Part shown: piece by piece, positions 1 through 13,557 of the stretch
Numbering within the stretch: position 1 is the stretch's first letter
Layout of the letters: each line of letters starts with the position of its first letter
NCBI RefSeq assembly: GCF_048593235.1
Contig: NC_133621.1
Location: forward strand, 299,097,146 to 299,161,145
DNA from: Sminthopsis crassicaudata
Lineage: Eukaryota
Direction: 5' to 3'
DNA length: 64,000 nucleotides
Translations under genes and position numbers: made by a program
The notes under the pieces: generated by a model
Told to the model about the DNA's origin: nothing
The model's input: only the letters and a program-made list of their open reading frames with translations
Databases searched by the model: none

Positions 1-750
1 AACGAACCTCCTCAAACTCAGTAATCACCTGGGTAAGTTACTCTCATCTTGGCAACTAGGTTTCCCTATTTGTAAAACTTGCATGCTTTAACCATGTGAT
101 AGAGTGGAAAGAGCACTGGCCATGGGGTCAGAGGCCCTGCTACAAGGCCTGGCCCAGCTCCTCACTACCCAAGTGACCCCCAGCTCTCACTTTGGGCAGC
201 GGTTAAGAAACCCGATGGTCTCTTTGGTCCCTCAGGATTATAATGTTGTCTGATGAGGATTTCTGCCTTCAGATGGACTCTTTGGAGGCCAGGGGGCTGA
301 CTCTCACCCAGCCTTCTTCCAACTGACCCCTTCCCTTCTAGACGATATCACAATTTGGTTCTCTCTAAAATTAGTTTTGCATAGTCTCCCCCAATCTCTC
401 CACCACTCTCTCTAATCCCATCTTTCAAAGGACATTGGGGGGGGGGCGGAATGTGGAGGGGAAGTGATCAAAGAGTTGTTCCCATGTGGATTGGCTGCTG
501 GCCCAGCCCCAGAGATAAGGCCTTTTGTGCTCTGTGTGGACTCCAAGTGCCTGAATGGGGCTGAGGAGGGGTGGGGTGAGAGTGTGACTGGCAGAGTAGG
601 GGGAGGGCTCAGCTGAAGCCCTGGACTGGACCACATATTTGAAGGGGCTGATACTTCCTTGACTTAGCATCTCTGCAGTGGAGTTGGACCTTGTCCTTCA
701 GGGACGGAGCTCAGCCACAAGAATCACCGGAGTATTTCTCATCCTTCATC

Positions 751-3096
751 ATGGTCAAGGTGAATGCGCCAGAGGGTACATAGACCGAGAGTGTCTTTGC
801 ACATACAGGGTATGGGCTGAGGGTCCAGGTGTATCATCTGAAGTTAGGGCTTGGGAAGAAGAAGGGAGTGTCCTGGAACGAGTCGGGATGCTCTACCCTT
901 CCTGTCTGTATGACTAAGGCTTCCTCTCTCTCTCCTTCCCTATCCCCTCATCCTTATCTTACTGACTCTGGAAAAAGCCGCCCTTTCTATTCCCAGCTTC
1001 ATCCTGCATCTGTGAGTTATCCATGGCTGCTGATTCCAAGATCTTTCACAAGCTGCTAAGTCCAGACAGATCCTGGAGAAAGGGGAACAAGGGGAAAGTG
1101 GGAGTTAATGGATTAAATTTAAGGTGTCCCCTGACTCTCAGAGGCTGCACTTGAGTGGGGTTTGGTAAGTAGGATGTAGGAGGATTCCCTTCCTGGAGTA
1201 AAGAGAGAAAGAAAAGAGGGAGACAGGTAGAGCTCGAGCTTCAGACTTGCTGGAATGAATGACTGTCTTACAGAGTTAACTCCAGCCTATCCTGGTGGTA
1301 TAGGAAGTGTCCTGGCTGAAGGGGATCCATTAGAAAGGCTGTAGACTGCAGACTGGCTGGAACGGAAGGCCAAGTGATTCACTAGAATCTTCCAAAATCT
1401 AACCTCCATCTCCCCTTTAAAAATAAAACCTCATTAACCTCACAACTAACCTTCTTGCCTGTTGTCTAGGAAGCCATCTCAGAAGACTCCCTTCACCCTT
1501 CCCCCCAATTATTCTCTGTTGGTTTAGAACATGAAGGGACCCCACATCTGTGCAGCCCTGGTTCCCTTAAGTTTCTCCAAAAAAAGCATTGGAAAAGCCA
1601 AGTGCCTTTACCTTGGAGTTTCTGCCAAAGTCACCCTTGATTCCTCATGCAAACTAGCCTGAAGGCTTCCTAGAACCTTCCTGAACCGTGGCTGCTTCCC
1701 AGTTGGTGCTCTGGGTCTCCTCAGGTTCCAGCCAGTTCCAACCTTCCTCTATTTGATCTGTTTTAGGATATGGTTGCCTTTAACTTCAGATTACTACCTG
1801 GAGGGACTATAAAAATAGAAGGAGAGATTCCACCCGATGCCAAGCAGTAAGTGGGAGGTGGGACACAACAATTAATCCCGAATGAAAGCTGAATATGTGA
1901 GCCCCCTGCTTGCACTTCACCTTGATCAGAAGCACCCACCTGGCTTTGCCTTGTGCCCAAGTAGCAGAGCCAGGACTCAGCATCAGGGGAAACTTCCCAA
2001 CAGAAGCCATCCAGTAGCTAGAGTGGACAGTTTCATAGGTGGTGAGCTCTCTGCCTCTGAAAATAGTTCAACATGAAGGTGGTTACTTGTTAGATGGGGT
2101 GGGAGGGTGCCTATAGAAGTGAAGTCCTGGTGCTTTGGGCCAGGATTGAGGGATTGTCCCTTTGGGGGTCCCTGCACTTGCCCAAACTGTCAGGACTCCT
2201 AAGTAGTAGAAGATTACTTCAGGAATTCTCTGAGGGGGATTTCCCAAGATGCTGTGCTGCGTGTCCATGATGGAGATATGCACTCAATTACCAGATTTAA
2301 ACTGAAACTGGGCAAGGACCGCTTTAACATTGGCATTCTACTCAACCCAATCTTCAACCATGGAGGGAAGAAAAATGTCATCCACTACAACTACATGACT
2401 CAAGGTGTGTGGAGAGATGACAAGAAGATGGAAGAATTCCCCTTTATGCCAGGGAGCAAGGTGGAGGTAAGACCCCAGAATCAGAACATAGAATGTTTCA
2501 CCCGAGGAGGACCCAAAAGATGATCGTAGATACCCCTCACATTTGACAGACGAAGCTTGGAAGCAAACTCTGATAGGGAAAAGATAAAAAGCTAGAGGGG
2601 AGAGGGGTCAGTGGGTTTGCAAAGCCCAGTGCCGAGAAGCCCAGCAGCCCTTGAGTTGGGTGGATTGGTAGGGGAGAGAATTATGAAAGGCTGTGATCTC
2701 AAAGGAAGTAGAGAAGACTGGGATGCCCCATGATACGTAATAGGACTCTAGATTTCAAGCTGGAAGGACCCTCAGGAGCCATATGATCTGACCCCCTCAT
2801 TCTATGGAAGAGGAAACTGAGGTTCAGAATGAAGAAAATATTTACCCAAACACATACTGTGTCTTGTAGTGAGCGTCTTGATTTGTAAGTCCCTCTTTTT
2901 CCAAGCCCAGGACTCTGGGTTCACCTCTTTCTACCTTCTTTCCATTCAGGTTTGCATCAACTTTGTTGGGCATTTTTTTCTATTATTTCTGCCTGGAAAT
3001 GTTAAATTGAATTTCTTCAATCATCTTTGCTTACTTGAAATCAACTATTTTCAAGTTTCTGGTGACTTCAAAGTCCAAAAGGTGACCTTTGAATGA
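751..3096 (+). CDS. Galectin-1-like paralog A, 135 aa, intact. Exons 751-759, 1767-1846, 2295-2466, 2950-3096. MVKDMVAFNFRLLPGGTIKIEGEIPPDAKQFKLKLGKDRFNIGILLNPIFNHGGKKNVIHYNYMTQGVWRDDKKMEEFPFMPGSKVEVCINFVGHFFLLFLPGNVKLNFFNHLCLLEINYFQVSGDFKVQKVTFE
   Basis: All introns GT-AG. Exon lengths 9/80/172/147 nt and phases match LGALS1. Galectin motifs PDAK, LGKD, NP.FN, W, FPF.PG, GDFK are present. AATAAA at 3149-3154; TATA-like TATTTGAA at 636-643. Confidence 0.9.
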
Positions 3097-5752
3097 GCCC
3101 TCCAATCACAGAGGCTACAGACAATGCTTGTCTCTAGGAGATCTCACTAATAAAAGTGCTGGTGATGTTACCAACTGAGATGTCCGTGGTATTCTGCTCT
3201 GGAGTTGGGAAGGATGGCTGAGTGACCTTGGATAATCCCCTTCCCCTCAAAGGCCCTATGGTGACTAAGAGAAGGGTACTCATCTGGTGTCCATGGATCA
3301 TTTTCAAAGGGGAAAAAAGCAATCTTTAATATAACTAACTTTTGTTTTCCAGATATTGCTATGCATTTTATGCATTTTAAATTTTTTTCTACTGTCTTGT
3401 TTGCCTTTTAAAAGAGTAGGGGAAGGATCAAAGGAAAGAAAGCAACTTTTAAGAAGAATGTCATATATAACATATACTGGATTGCTTGCCATTCAGGGAG
3501 GTGGGGGAAGGAGGGGACAATTTGGAACACAAGGCTAGGCAAGGGTCAATGTTGAAAAATTATCCATGCAGATGTTTTGAAAGTAAAAGGCTTTAATAAA
3601 AAATAATAATCATAAATTTAAAAAAACCAAAACATTCAGAAAATAAAAAATAACATCAAACACCAACACTTTATTTTGAGAATGAGTACGTGGACTTGCC
3701 CAGACTGTCAGATCATAACATAAACAAAAATGAAAAAATATTCTACTTTATATAAGACTTTTAAAATGAGGAAGGGAAGGGTCAGAAGGAGGGAGAAAAT
3801 TTGGAACTTAGAAATTTTTTTTACATGTTAAAAAAAATTTAAATAAAAATTTCACAAGATGAAAGCACAACAGTACATTATTATGAGAAGGGGCCTCTGA
3901 GTTTGCCAGCTTGTTAAAAGTCCAGGCCATAATCCAAACAAAGATGACAAGCTCTAAGAAGTCTCCACCTCTGATTAATAATGTGGAAGGGATTACCAAG
4001 AATGGCAACCTCTGTGTGTTAGGGACCACGCTCTCTGGGCAGGCCCCACCTGAAAAAAAAAAAAAAAGCTGCTGAATCCAAACCAGTGAAATCCTGTGTC
4101 CCTTTGAAGACCAGCCAAGGAAGCTCAGAGAGATCTGCAGGTCAGATGGGAGGAGAGTGGGAATACATTCCCTGGCTCTGGAGTCAGGTTTAAATTTGGC
4201 TTCTGACACTCCCTGTCTAGATGACATTGGAGAAGCCCGGGCCCTCAGTTTTCTCAGGGGCAAAATGAAGAGCTTGGCATCCCAAGTCCTTCCAGATCTC
4301 TATATCTATGCTCCTATGAGCCCAACTCACTCCCCTGCCTCAGTTTCCTCCTCGGTAACATGAAGAATTGAACTCTGATCTCTGACGTCCTTTCTCTGAG
4401 CTTCTAATCTCTGCTCTTCTCCTCTGATGTACAATAAATTCCAGGATTATTTCCCATCAGGCAGGAAAGAAAGCAACAGATCAACTCCCAAGGACTCTGT
4501 ATTTGTGGCTGCTTCTGTCTCAGCCTCATACTCAAAGGCTTTTATCACCATGGAAGGAGCCCAGAAGCAGTGGTCAAGGACACTGTATGTGCTCGGATAT
4601 AGAGTCCAGGGCTCTCCACTGCCTAAGCTCAGACATGGGCTTCCCCCTCCTGGATCTGGGTTTGACTATAGGGCTAGTTGACTGCTCTCACCACATCTAG
4701 AGTCCCCTCAGCACAAGGGGGTGACTGGTCTATATTCTTTTGGGGACCACTTTGGGGACCCAGAAATTTTTATTTACTAATCTAATATTAAGATGATAAA
4801 ATGCTCATGGAGGGACCCCTCTAAATGTACCCAACTCTTCTCTAACCCACAGCACCACAGGAACTTGGAACAGAATAAATTTAAATTTCTGTTTATGTGT
4901 CCATGGGCTGAAATGTACTTGGGAATGGAAGGTTTTCTCAGGGATGCCCTGCTCATCCTCAGCTACCCAAGGTCTGGCGTACATCAATCATCCCATAAAT
5001 ATGAGACTTCTATAAAATGATCCAATTAGGGGCAGAGAAGTCTCACATTCAAGGCTCTGGAATCCCAAAGGTAATTCCCTTCCTGGTGGGTCATAAGCCT
5101 TCTTTCTTGAAGACACATAGTGCTATCCCTATGCTGAGATCAAGGTGCAGTGTGGCTGTATATTCAGCCAACTAGGGTGAACTTATTCATAGAAGGTTCT
5201 ACCACAAAGCAAACACAAGAGAGAAAGTTTGCAAAGTAATTCCCTCTAAAAACTCCCCATTTCCCATTTTTATATTGTCCCTTTGATAATCTTAAAATGC
5301 AAAACAGTTGATTTTACAAGTGAGACTCCTGAATTTTTTTTTAAAGATTCTTATATTAGATACAGAATTTAAATAAACAAAGAAACAGCAAGTGTTACAT
5401 AAACACTGAAGTTCTCCAAAGTTTCAAAAATTGGAGAAAAAAAGTTAAGATTCTATACTAAACTGTATGAAGTTTTGTTACTGGCAAATTTGAACAGTAT
5501 TATCTAGGAAACTTCTCCCTGCAATTTGGAATCAGAGAAGCAGAACTCCCTTCAAAACTGCACTGAGAAGGAGACCGCTTCCAGAATGACCAAGAGAAGA
5601 TTTCAGAAAATGGTCATCGGCACTGTCTTATTAGGATTCAAGAAGATTTGATAAACTCTGTTAATATTGATGATCATTATTGACTTGATTTGGCATTTTG
5701 TTTCATAGAGTTTGTCTTTATGGTGACATTTTTCTTGGTAATCTTGGTGACA

Positions 5753-5755
<3 letters not shown>

Positions 5756-5795
<40 letters not shown>

Positions 5796-5810
5796 ATATA
5801 CATATATTTA
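5756..5810. repeat. (TATC)n/(TA)n microsatellite
   Basis: Direct reading. Confidence 0.95.
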
Positions 5811-7059
5811 TATCCCTTCTTAAAATTAGTCTATTATATTCCAAGTAACTCAATCTATAGTCTGATTGATGTAATTCAGATTATGAATTTACAAAAATCC
5901 TTATGAATTTAGTTTATAGATAAGTGATTCGGGGAGGAGTGAGTTTTCAAGAGGGAAAAACTGAGGGAATTAAGAAGATTAGGGCAACAAGTGGTTAATT
6001 GTAGGAATTGGGTGAATTACACTGACTCCATTATCTTGGGATTCAATTCTATGGCAAGCCCATTTCTTTTACTATTCAATTATGGGTCTGGTCCAAATTC
6101 TTTTCTTGGAAGAAACCTTTTTTTTGTGTGTGAGAACTGGGAAAAAGTCTTGTATCTTTGTTTGAATCTGCCTCTGAATGGCTGACAACCTGGATTACTT
6201 TTCCCTGTTCTTCAAGAGAGCCTTAACTAAGTATCTAAGTTGGGCAAACCTGATCTGATCCAACCTGGTCAAATCCAAAGATTAATGCAGGGAGTTTTCT
6301 CACAATTATATAACTCATGCTACCTATATGTCTTATCTTAAAAATCCTTAATAATTGATCCCTTTTTGTTGCCATATGCCTTTGATTATATACAGACACT
6401 CGGGAGAAGAGGGACTTCTCTTTTTCTGAATATAGGAAATGGCACCCATTGACTCTTCTGCTCAAAACTTAAAAAGTTCTTGATCTTTCCTCCAATTAGA
6501 AATCAGGTAACCTAATATTGCATTGTTTCCTTTTTTATTAATTGGCTTAATTTGATTAATAATTTCAATAATCAATAGATAAATTATATATAAATGACAA
6601 GTTAATAATTGGATTAATAAAATCTGTCTCTCAGTCTATTTGGAGTGACACCCTAAGGTGAGGAAAGGGCCTGAGCCTGATTTGTTGGGCAATTGCCAGT
6701 GTTGTTTAACGCACGTATCATCTTGGAAAACTTAGTGTCCTCAGTCATTTGGTCTCTCACTCCTAACAACTAGAGAGGGGATTGGTGCAAAGATTTTTAT
6801 CTCACTTTTATAGAAAAAGAAACTAAGATTCAGCATGGAAATATGTCTTATTTATGGGCCAATGTTAGGGATAGGTGAGTGAAAGGACTGGGGAGCAATG
6901 AGAATAAGGTTTTACAATCAGACTCAGAATGTGAAACAGCTCTGGTTGGTGAGGGGCTTGAGACAAGGAGAGCTGTGTCTCTTCTGATCCATTCATTGCT
7001 GAGAGATAAGATGGAACTGGGTTCGTGATTTGGACATAAAGGATGATACTACAAGTAAA

Positions 7060-8015
7060 ATAGGAAAACAAGAGATAGTCTGCCTCTCTGTAGAGGTCTG
7101 TAGGAAAGGAAGTAATTTATAGTCAAAGAAGAACTAAAGAACATTATGAAATGCAAAATGGATAATTTTGATTATATTAAATTTAAAAAGAAGGGAAGCA
7201 GAAAGGTAGGGAGCACATTTTTCCAGCTAATATTTCTGACAAAGGTTTCATTTCTAAGATACATAGAGAATTGACCCAAATTTATTTTTTTTTTGACCCA
7301 AATTTATAAGAATACAAGCCATTGCTATAAAACTGAACATACCCTTTGATCCAACAGTGTCTCTACTGGGTCTGTATCCCAAAGAGATCATAAAAGAAGA
7401 AAAAATATTTGTAGCAGCCCCTTTTTGTAGTTTCAAGGACTTGGAAATTGATGCCAGTGAGTTGGGGAATGGCTGAATAAATTATGGTTTATGAATATAA
7501 TAGAATATTATTGTTCTATAAGAAATGATCCACAGGATGATTTCAGAGGTCTGGAGAGACTTACATGAACTGATGCTGAGTGAAGTGAGCAGAATCAAGA
7601 GAATATTGTACACAGTAACAAGACTATGTGATGATCAACTGTGAAGGACTTGGCTCTTCTCAGCAATGAGGTGATTCCAGGCAATTCCAATAGATTTTTG
7701 ATGGAAAGTGCCATGCACATCTAGAGAGAAAACTATAGAGACTGAAAGTGGATCAAAGCAGAGTATATTCATCTTTTTGTTGTTGTTATTATTTGTTTGC
7801 TTAGGTTTTTTTTTCTTTTTCATGTTTTCCCTTTTGATCTGATTTTTTCTTGCGCAGCATGACAACTATGGAAATATGTTTAGAAGAATTGCTTGCTACC
7901 TTGGGGAGGGGGAGGGAGGGAGAAAAATTTGGAACACAAAGTTTTACAAAGGAGAATGTTGAAAACTTTCTTCGCATGTATTTGGGAAAATAAAATATTA
8001 TTATTATTTTTTTTA
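7060..8015 (+). mobile_element. Old LINE-1 fragment (ORF2 3' part and 3'UTR)
   Basis: Decayed L1 ORF2 C-terminal sequence, G-rich 3'UTR tract and A-rich tail. Confidence 0.8.
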
Positions 8016-8541
8016 CAAGGGATTTCCTCCTTCAGATGGATTCTTTGGAAACCAAGCGGGTTGACTCTCAGTCCGAAGAGCATGGCCATCCATCTAGAGG
8101 GTGGTTCCCTACCCCTTCCTACTAGTTTAAGATTTTTTGTTCATTCTCAAAGTACTTTTCCACTGGCTTCTCCAATCCCGCTACCACCTCCTTCCCCAAA
8201 GGACAGTGTTGGAGTTTGGATGTGAGAGGAAAGGCTTGAAAAGACAGAGTGTGCTGTGGAGCGGCGCGACCCCCTTGATTGCCTCCCCTCCAAGAAAAAC
8301 TTCCCATTTTCCATCCGGCCCCTTCCTGAGATACACTCTCTCCCCTGAATTGGCAAAAAGGGCCAGAAGGGAGGGCTGGAATATAGGTGGGGGTGAGGAT
8401 TTAGCAGAAGCCCAGAGAGCAGCAGTCTATCTGAAGGTCCGACACCTCCCAGAGTTACACTCCTGAGGTTGGAGGTGAATGTTGAACTTGGGGGACCCAG
8501 CGCACCCTAGAGAATCACAGGAGCATTTCTCATCCTCTATC

Positions 8542-9620
8542 ATGGCTAGGGTCTAGGCTGAGGGCAATCGAGTCCGAGGTGTGAACTGAAGATCTAGAAG
8601 TGGGAATTCTCCCGGGCTGGGAAGCATCGGGGACCTTTGGGGAAGGGTGTATTCTAGGGGGGCATTGCCTCCCCCTCTAACTTGTCCCCCTGACCTCTCC
8701 AAGGGCTGCCCTTTCCATGCCCTCCCCCATGGAACTTGTCTTTGACAAGCTGGTAAGTCCAGGCAGATCCTGGGGGAGCAAGAGGAAAGGGAGAGTCGGC
8801 TTAAATTTAGGGTGTCCTCTGACTCTCCATTGGGGTTGGGGGCGGAAGAATGTGAGGGAATCCCTTTCCTTGAGTAGGGAAGAAAGATGAAGCGACAAGG
8901 AGGGATTGTGCGATGGGTGGAGATGAAACTTCTAGCAGGGGAACAAACTTTCTGGATTAAATGACTGTCTTACTAAATTAAGAATCTTCTGATTCTTCCT
9001 CGTTTTAGCCCTGACCCATTTAAAAATAAGACCGAATTAAGCTCACCAATACACATCTTGCATATTCTCTAGGAAACTAGCTCAGACTATTCCCTTCACC
9101 CTGTCCCCAATTATTTCTCCACTGATTTAGAACAAGACCGGACCACACATCTGTGCTGCCCTTCTCCCAAAGGGAGCAGAACAGGAGAAGCTAAGTTTCT
9201 TGGCCTTAGACTTTCCACAAGATCACCCTTGATTACCCATTCTTTCTGTACCTCCCTCTCTCTTGTCAACTCTCTTGCTCCTGGGAATGGCTGGATCTTA
9301 TTTAAGACCAAGACTTGAGGAAGCTCTTCCTGAAAACTTTCCTGGGGAGGATTTCCCTCCCTACTTAATGAAATAAGCAGAACTCTGGGAGAATGAGAAA
9401 GTGGGCAATGCTGGGTATATGGGGAAGGCAAGGTATGAGTGACCTAGCTACCAGAAGATTCCCCATTGAGGTATACTATATCTCCAATTCTTGGGATAGA
9501 ACTATCTTCACTTCCCCCTTCAATTTTGTGCAAGTGTCAAGATACATGCCATGCCAGCCTAAGATAGCCCTCGGACAGTGTGACTGAGATAGAAAATATA
9601 TGGGCCTGGCACCCAGAAAA
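8542..9620 (+). pseudogene. Galectin-1-like remnant B: promoter, exon 1 (ATG GCT AGG, 8542-8550) and part of intron 1; exons 2-4 absent
   Basis: 8040-9620 aligns by eye to the promoter, exon 1 and intron 1 of gene C. Homology stops at about 9620 where L1 3' fragments begin. No exon 2-4 motifs occur before the next unit starts at about 10710. Confidence 0.8.
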
Positions 9621-9624
9621 GAAA

Positions 9625-10710
9625 TGATGAACGGGCTGATTTCAGAAAAACCTGGAAAAGACTTACATGAATTGATGTTGACTGAAGTGAGCGGAATCAG
9701 GAGAACGTTGTACAATAATAACAAGATTTTGTGACAATCAACTGTGATATTTAGCTCTTCTCAGCAATACAATTAACAGGCTTGGTATAGAAAATGTTAT
9801 CTGCATTCAGAGAAAAAACTATAGAAACCAACTGCAGATCAAAGCTTGCTATCTTGGGGAGGGAGGAGGAAAAAAAGGAAGGCAAAAATAAAAATTGGAA
9901 TTCAACATCTTACAAAAATGAGTGTTGAAATACAAACTTAAAAGAGGTATAGAAATCTATCTTACCCTGCAGGAAAATAGGAGGGCAATGGAAAATGGGA
10001 AGGGGGAGTGGGTGAGAAAAGAGAGAGTAACCTAGGATATACTAAAAGATATTTAATATGTATGGGAATGCCTGCCATCTAGGGGAGGGGGTGGAGGGAA
10101 GGAGGGGAAAAACTCGGAACAGAAGGGAGTACAAGGGATAATGTTGTAAAAAAAAATTACCTATGCATATGTACTGTCAAAGAAAATGTTATAATTATAA
10201 AAATTAATTTTAAAATAGTTTTTAAAAAAAGAGAAAAGAGAGTATATTGGGGGAGTGATCACTAGCAAAACACTTTTGAGAAGGGATGGGGTGAAAAGAG
10301 AGAGAATAAACGAGGGAAAATACAATTAGTAATAGTAACTGTAAAAAAAAAATTTGAAGCAAGTTTCTCTGATGGAATATTATTGTTCTCTGGGAAATGA
10401 TGAGCAGGATGCTCTCAGGAAAAAAACCTGGAAAGTCCTCCATGAACAAAGTAAAATATACTGTATACAAAGTAATAGAAATGTTCTGGGACAACTAGCT
10501 GTAAATTACTTTGTTATTCTCAGTAGTACATCCACAACTACTCTGAAGGATTTATGATGAAAAATCCTATCCATACACAGAGAAGGAACTGATGGAGTCT
10601 AAATACAGATTGAAGCATTCTCTAAAAAATAAAATAAAAAAATAAAAGTGTTGAAAAGTATTTTTAAATGTAATTGGAAAAAATAAAATACTATTAATAT
10701 TTTTAAAAAG
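9625..10710 (+). mobile_element. Patchwork of LINE-1 3'-end fragments at the remnant B breakpoint
   Basis: Repeated marsupial L1 3'UTR motifs (gcctgccatctaggggagggggtgg, aaattacctatgcata) and A-rich tails. Confidence 0.75.
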
Positions 10711-12122
10711 AAAAAGAAGTTCCAGATTCTAGTGGGCCAAAGGAAAGGAACGTCCTTTCAATTTGAAGCATCATATGGCCCCTGCATAAATTTTAAATGG
10801 AAAGAGAATCTTGCCTGCCAAATTCTATGATGGACATGATGGGACTCTCATTCTCTTTCCCTGGGGGACTGTTAATATGTTTGTCCCCTTGCCCCTGGAA
10901 TTGTTTATTTACTAGTTTACTTATTAAGGAATTATAATGCTCAAGGAGGGCACCATGGCCCCTCTAAATGTACACAACTCCCTTCTCCCCCATACCACCC
11001 CTAGAAACTTGGAACTGAATAAATTTAAATTTCTGCATATCTGTCCATGTGTTGAAGTGCCCGTAGAAATGGAAGCTTTCCTCAGAACTATCATGCCCAT
11101 ACCATTGGGGCATGGGGGCGGGGGACTACAGCTCTCATTTCATTCCTCCAAAATTCTGGAAAGCTCTGCAGAAGATTTGAGAGAGACAGAAGGTACTAAC
11201 TAGAACCCTAAGTGAGGGTGTAGCTGTGCATAGACACTGCAGATCTCAGGTCTAAATAAACTGGGTTCTGAGAGTAGATTAGACTTTAGAGGGGTTCCCA
11301 CAGTCAACAAAGTTATGCTGGCAGACCCAGGACAGATAGAATAATCCCTTTTTCAGAGAGATGATATGGTCATTTGTTTGAGGGAGAGGATAACTAGGAC
11401 CAGGTTATCCTCACTTGGGAAGTCTAAGAGAAGAAGGTGTGTGACCTCACAGACTCCCCGTGGCTGTCCAGTCTCACGCTGTGAGGAAGAGAAAGAGAAG
11501 GTAGGAGAATCCTGGGTTAGAATTGGGGGACTGCTCCGCCAGCTATGTGACCCAGGGATATCATATCTCCTTGGAACCTCAGCTTACTTTTTTGTAAAGT
11601 GAGGATCATGATCCAGTTAGAGGGACAGAAGTCTTAAATTTAAGGCTCTGGGCTCCCAAAGGTAACTCCTTCCCTAGCTGGTCAGAGGCCTGCTTTCTTG
11701 ATGAGAACTATAATAATATCACTAATTGTGGCTTAACAGTTTCATCAAAGCTTAGAAGGCCCTGCCACAAGATGGACACAAATAGTCCACATGATCAATT
11801 CCTATTTCTAGAGTGAATTAAAGTTTGCAAAGTAATGCCCTCAAAAAAAGTAATCTAGTTTCCCATTTTTATATTATATCTTTGTGAGTCTTCAAAGACA
11901 CAACAATTGATTTTTACAAATTAGACCCTTGTGAGCTTTTTAAAAAATATTCTTACATCAAGTACAGAATTGAAAAAAAAACAAGTGGTATATAAAAACT
12001 GAAATTCTCTAAAGTTTCAAGATTGGAGGAAAAAAATTTAAGACAGTGTACTAAATTGTAGGAAGTTTTGTTGCTGGCAAATTTTAACACCATTATCTAG
12101 GAATCTTCTCCAAGTGATTTGG

Positions 12123-13557
12123 CCCTATACCAAGATAAGGTCAAAATTAGTTCATGACTTAGACATAAAGAGTGATACTATAAGCAAATTAGAAGAATGA
12201 AGGATAGTCTACTTCTCAGATCTGTGGAGAAGGAAGGAATTTATGACCAAAGAAGACTGGAGTACATCATGAAATGTGGAATGGAAAATTTTGATTATAT
12301 TAAGTTTAAAAGTTCGTGTTCAAATAAATCCAATGAAGACAATATTAGACAACTGAGGAGAAATTTTTATATCAAAAGGGTCTCATAAAGGCCACATTTC
12401 TAAAATGCATTTATAAGAATACAAGCCATTCACCAATTGATAAATGGTCAAAGGATATGGACAGTTTTTAGATGAAAAAAATTGAAACAATTTCCAGTCA
12501 TATTAAAAACATATTCTAAATCACTATTGATCAGAGATTAAGACGATTCTGAGCTAACACTACAGACCTCTCAGATTGGCTAAAATAACAAGAAAAGATA
12601 ATGATGATAAATGTTAGAGGGAATGTGAGAAAACTGGGACACTGATACATTGTTGGTGGAGTTGTGAACTTATCCAACCATTCTGGAGTATAATGTGGAA
12701 CTATACCCAAAGGGCTATCAAATTGTGCATACTCTTTGATCCAGCAGTATCTCTACTGGGGCTGTATCCCAAAGAAATTATTAAAAGGGGGAAAGAGCCC
12801 CGATATGCAAAAAATGTTTATAGCTGCCCTTTTTGTGGTGGCAGAGAGGTAGAAACTGAGTGGATAATAATATTCCATAACATTCATATACCATAATTTA
12901 TTCAGCCATTCTCCAATTGATGGACATCCATTCATTTTCCAGTTTCTAGCCACTACAAAAAGGGCCGTCACAAACATTTTGTCCATGTGAGTCCCTTTCC
13001 CTCCTTTAAGATCTCTTTGGAATACAAGCCCAATTGTTCTGTAAGAAACCACCAGCAGGCTGATTTCAAAGAGACCTGGAGAGTCTTCCATGAACTGATG
13101 CTGAGTGAAATGAATAGAGCCAAGAGAACATTGTACACAGAAACAACAAGATTATATGATGATCAGCTGTGATGGATTTGGCTCTTTTCAACAATGAGGT
13201 GATTCAGGCCAGTTCCAATGGACTTGGGATGGAGAGAGCCCTCTGCATCCAGAGAGAAGATTATGGAGAATGAATGTGGATCACAGCATAGTATTTTTGC
13301 CTTTTTTGTTATTTGCTTGCTTTTTGTTTTCTTTCTCATTTTTTTCTTGTTGATTTGTTTTTTCTTGTGCAGCATGATAAATGTGGAAATATAGAAGAGT
13401 TGCACATGTTAGGAATATATTGGATTTTTTTTGTCTAGGGGAGGGAATGGGGGAAGAGAGGGAGAAAAAATTTGGAACACGAGGTTTTGTAAGGGTGAAT
13501 GTTGAAAACTATCTTTGCCTGTATTTTGAAAATAAAAAGTTATTGTTTTTAAAAAAT
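12123..13557 (+). mobile_element. LINE-1 insertion with an internal inverted segment (about 12864-13031)
   Basis: 11-bp target-site duplication AAGTGATTTGG at 12112-12122 and 13558-13568. It splits a module that is contiguous in the other units. Confidence 0.85.
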
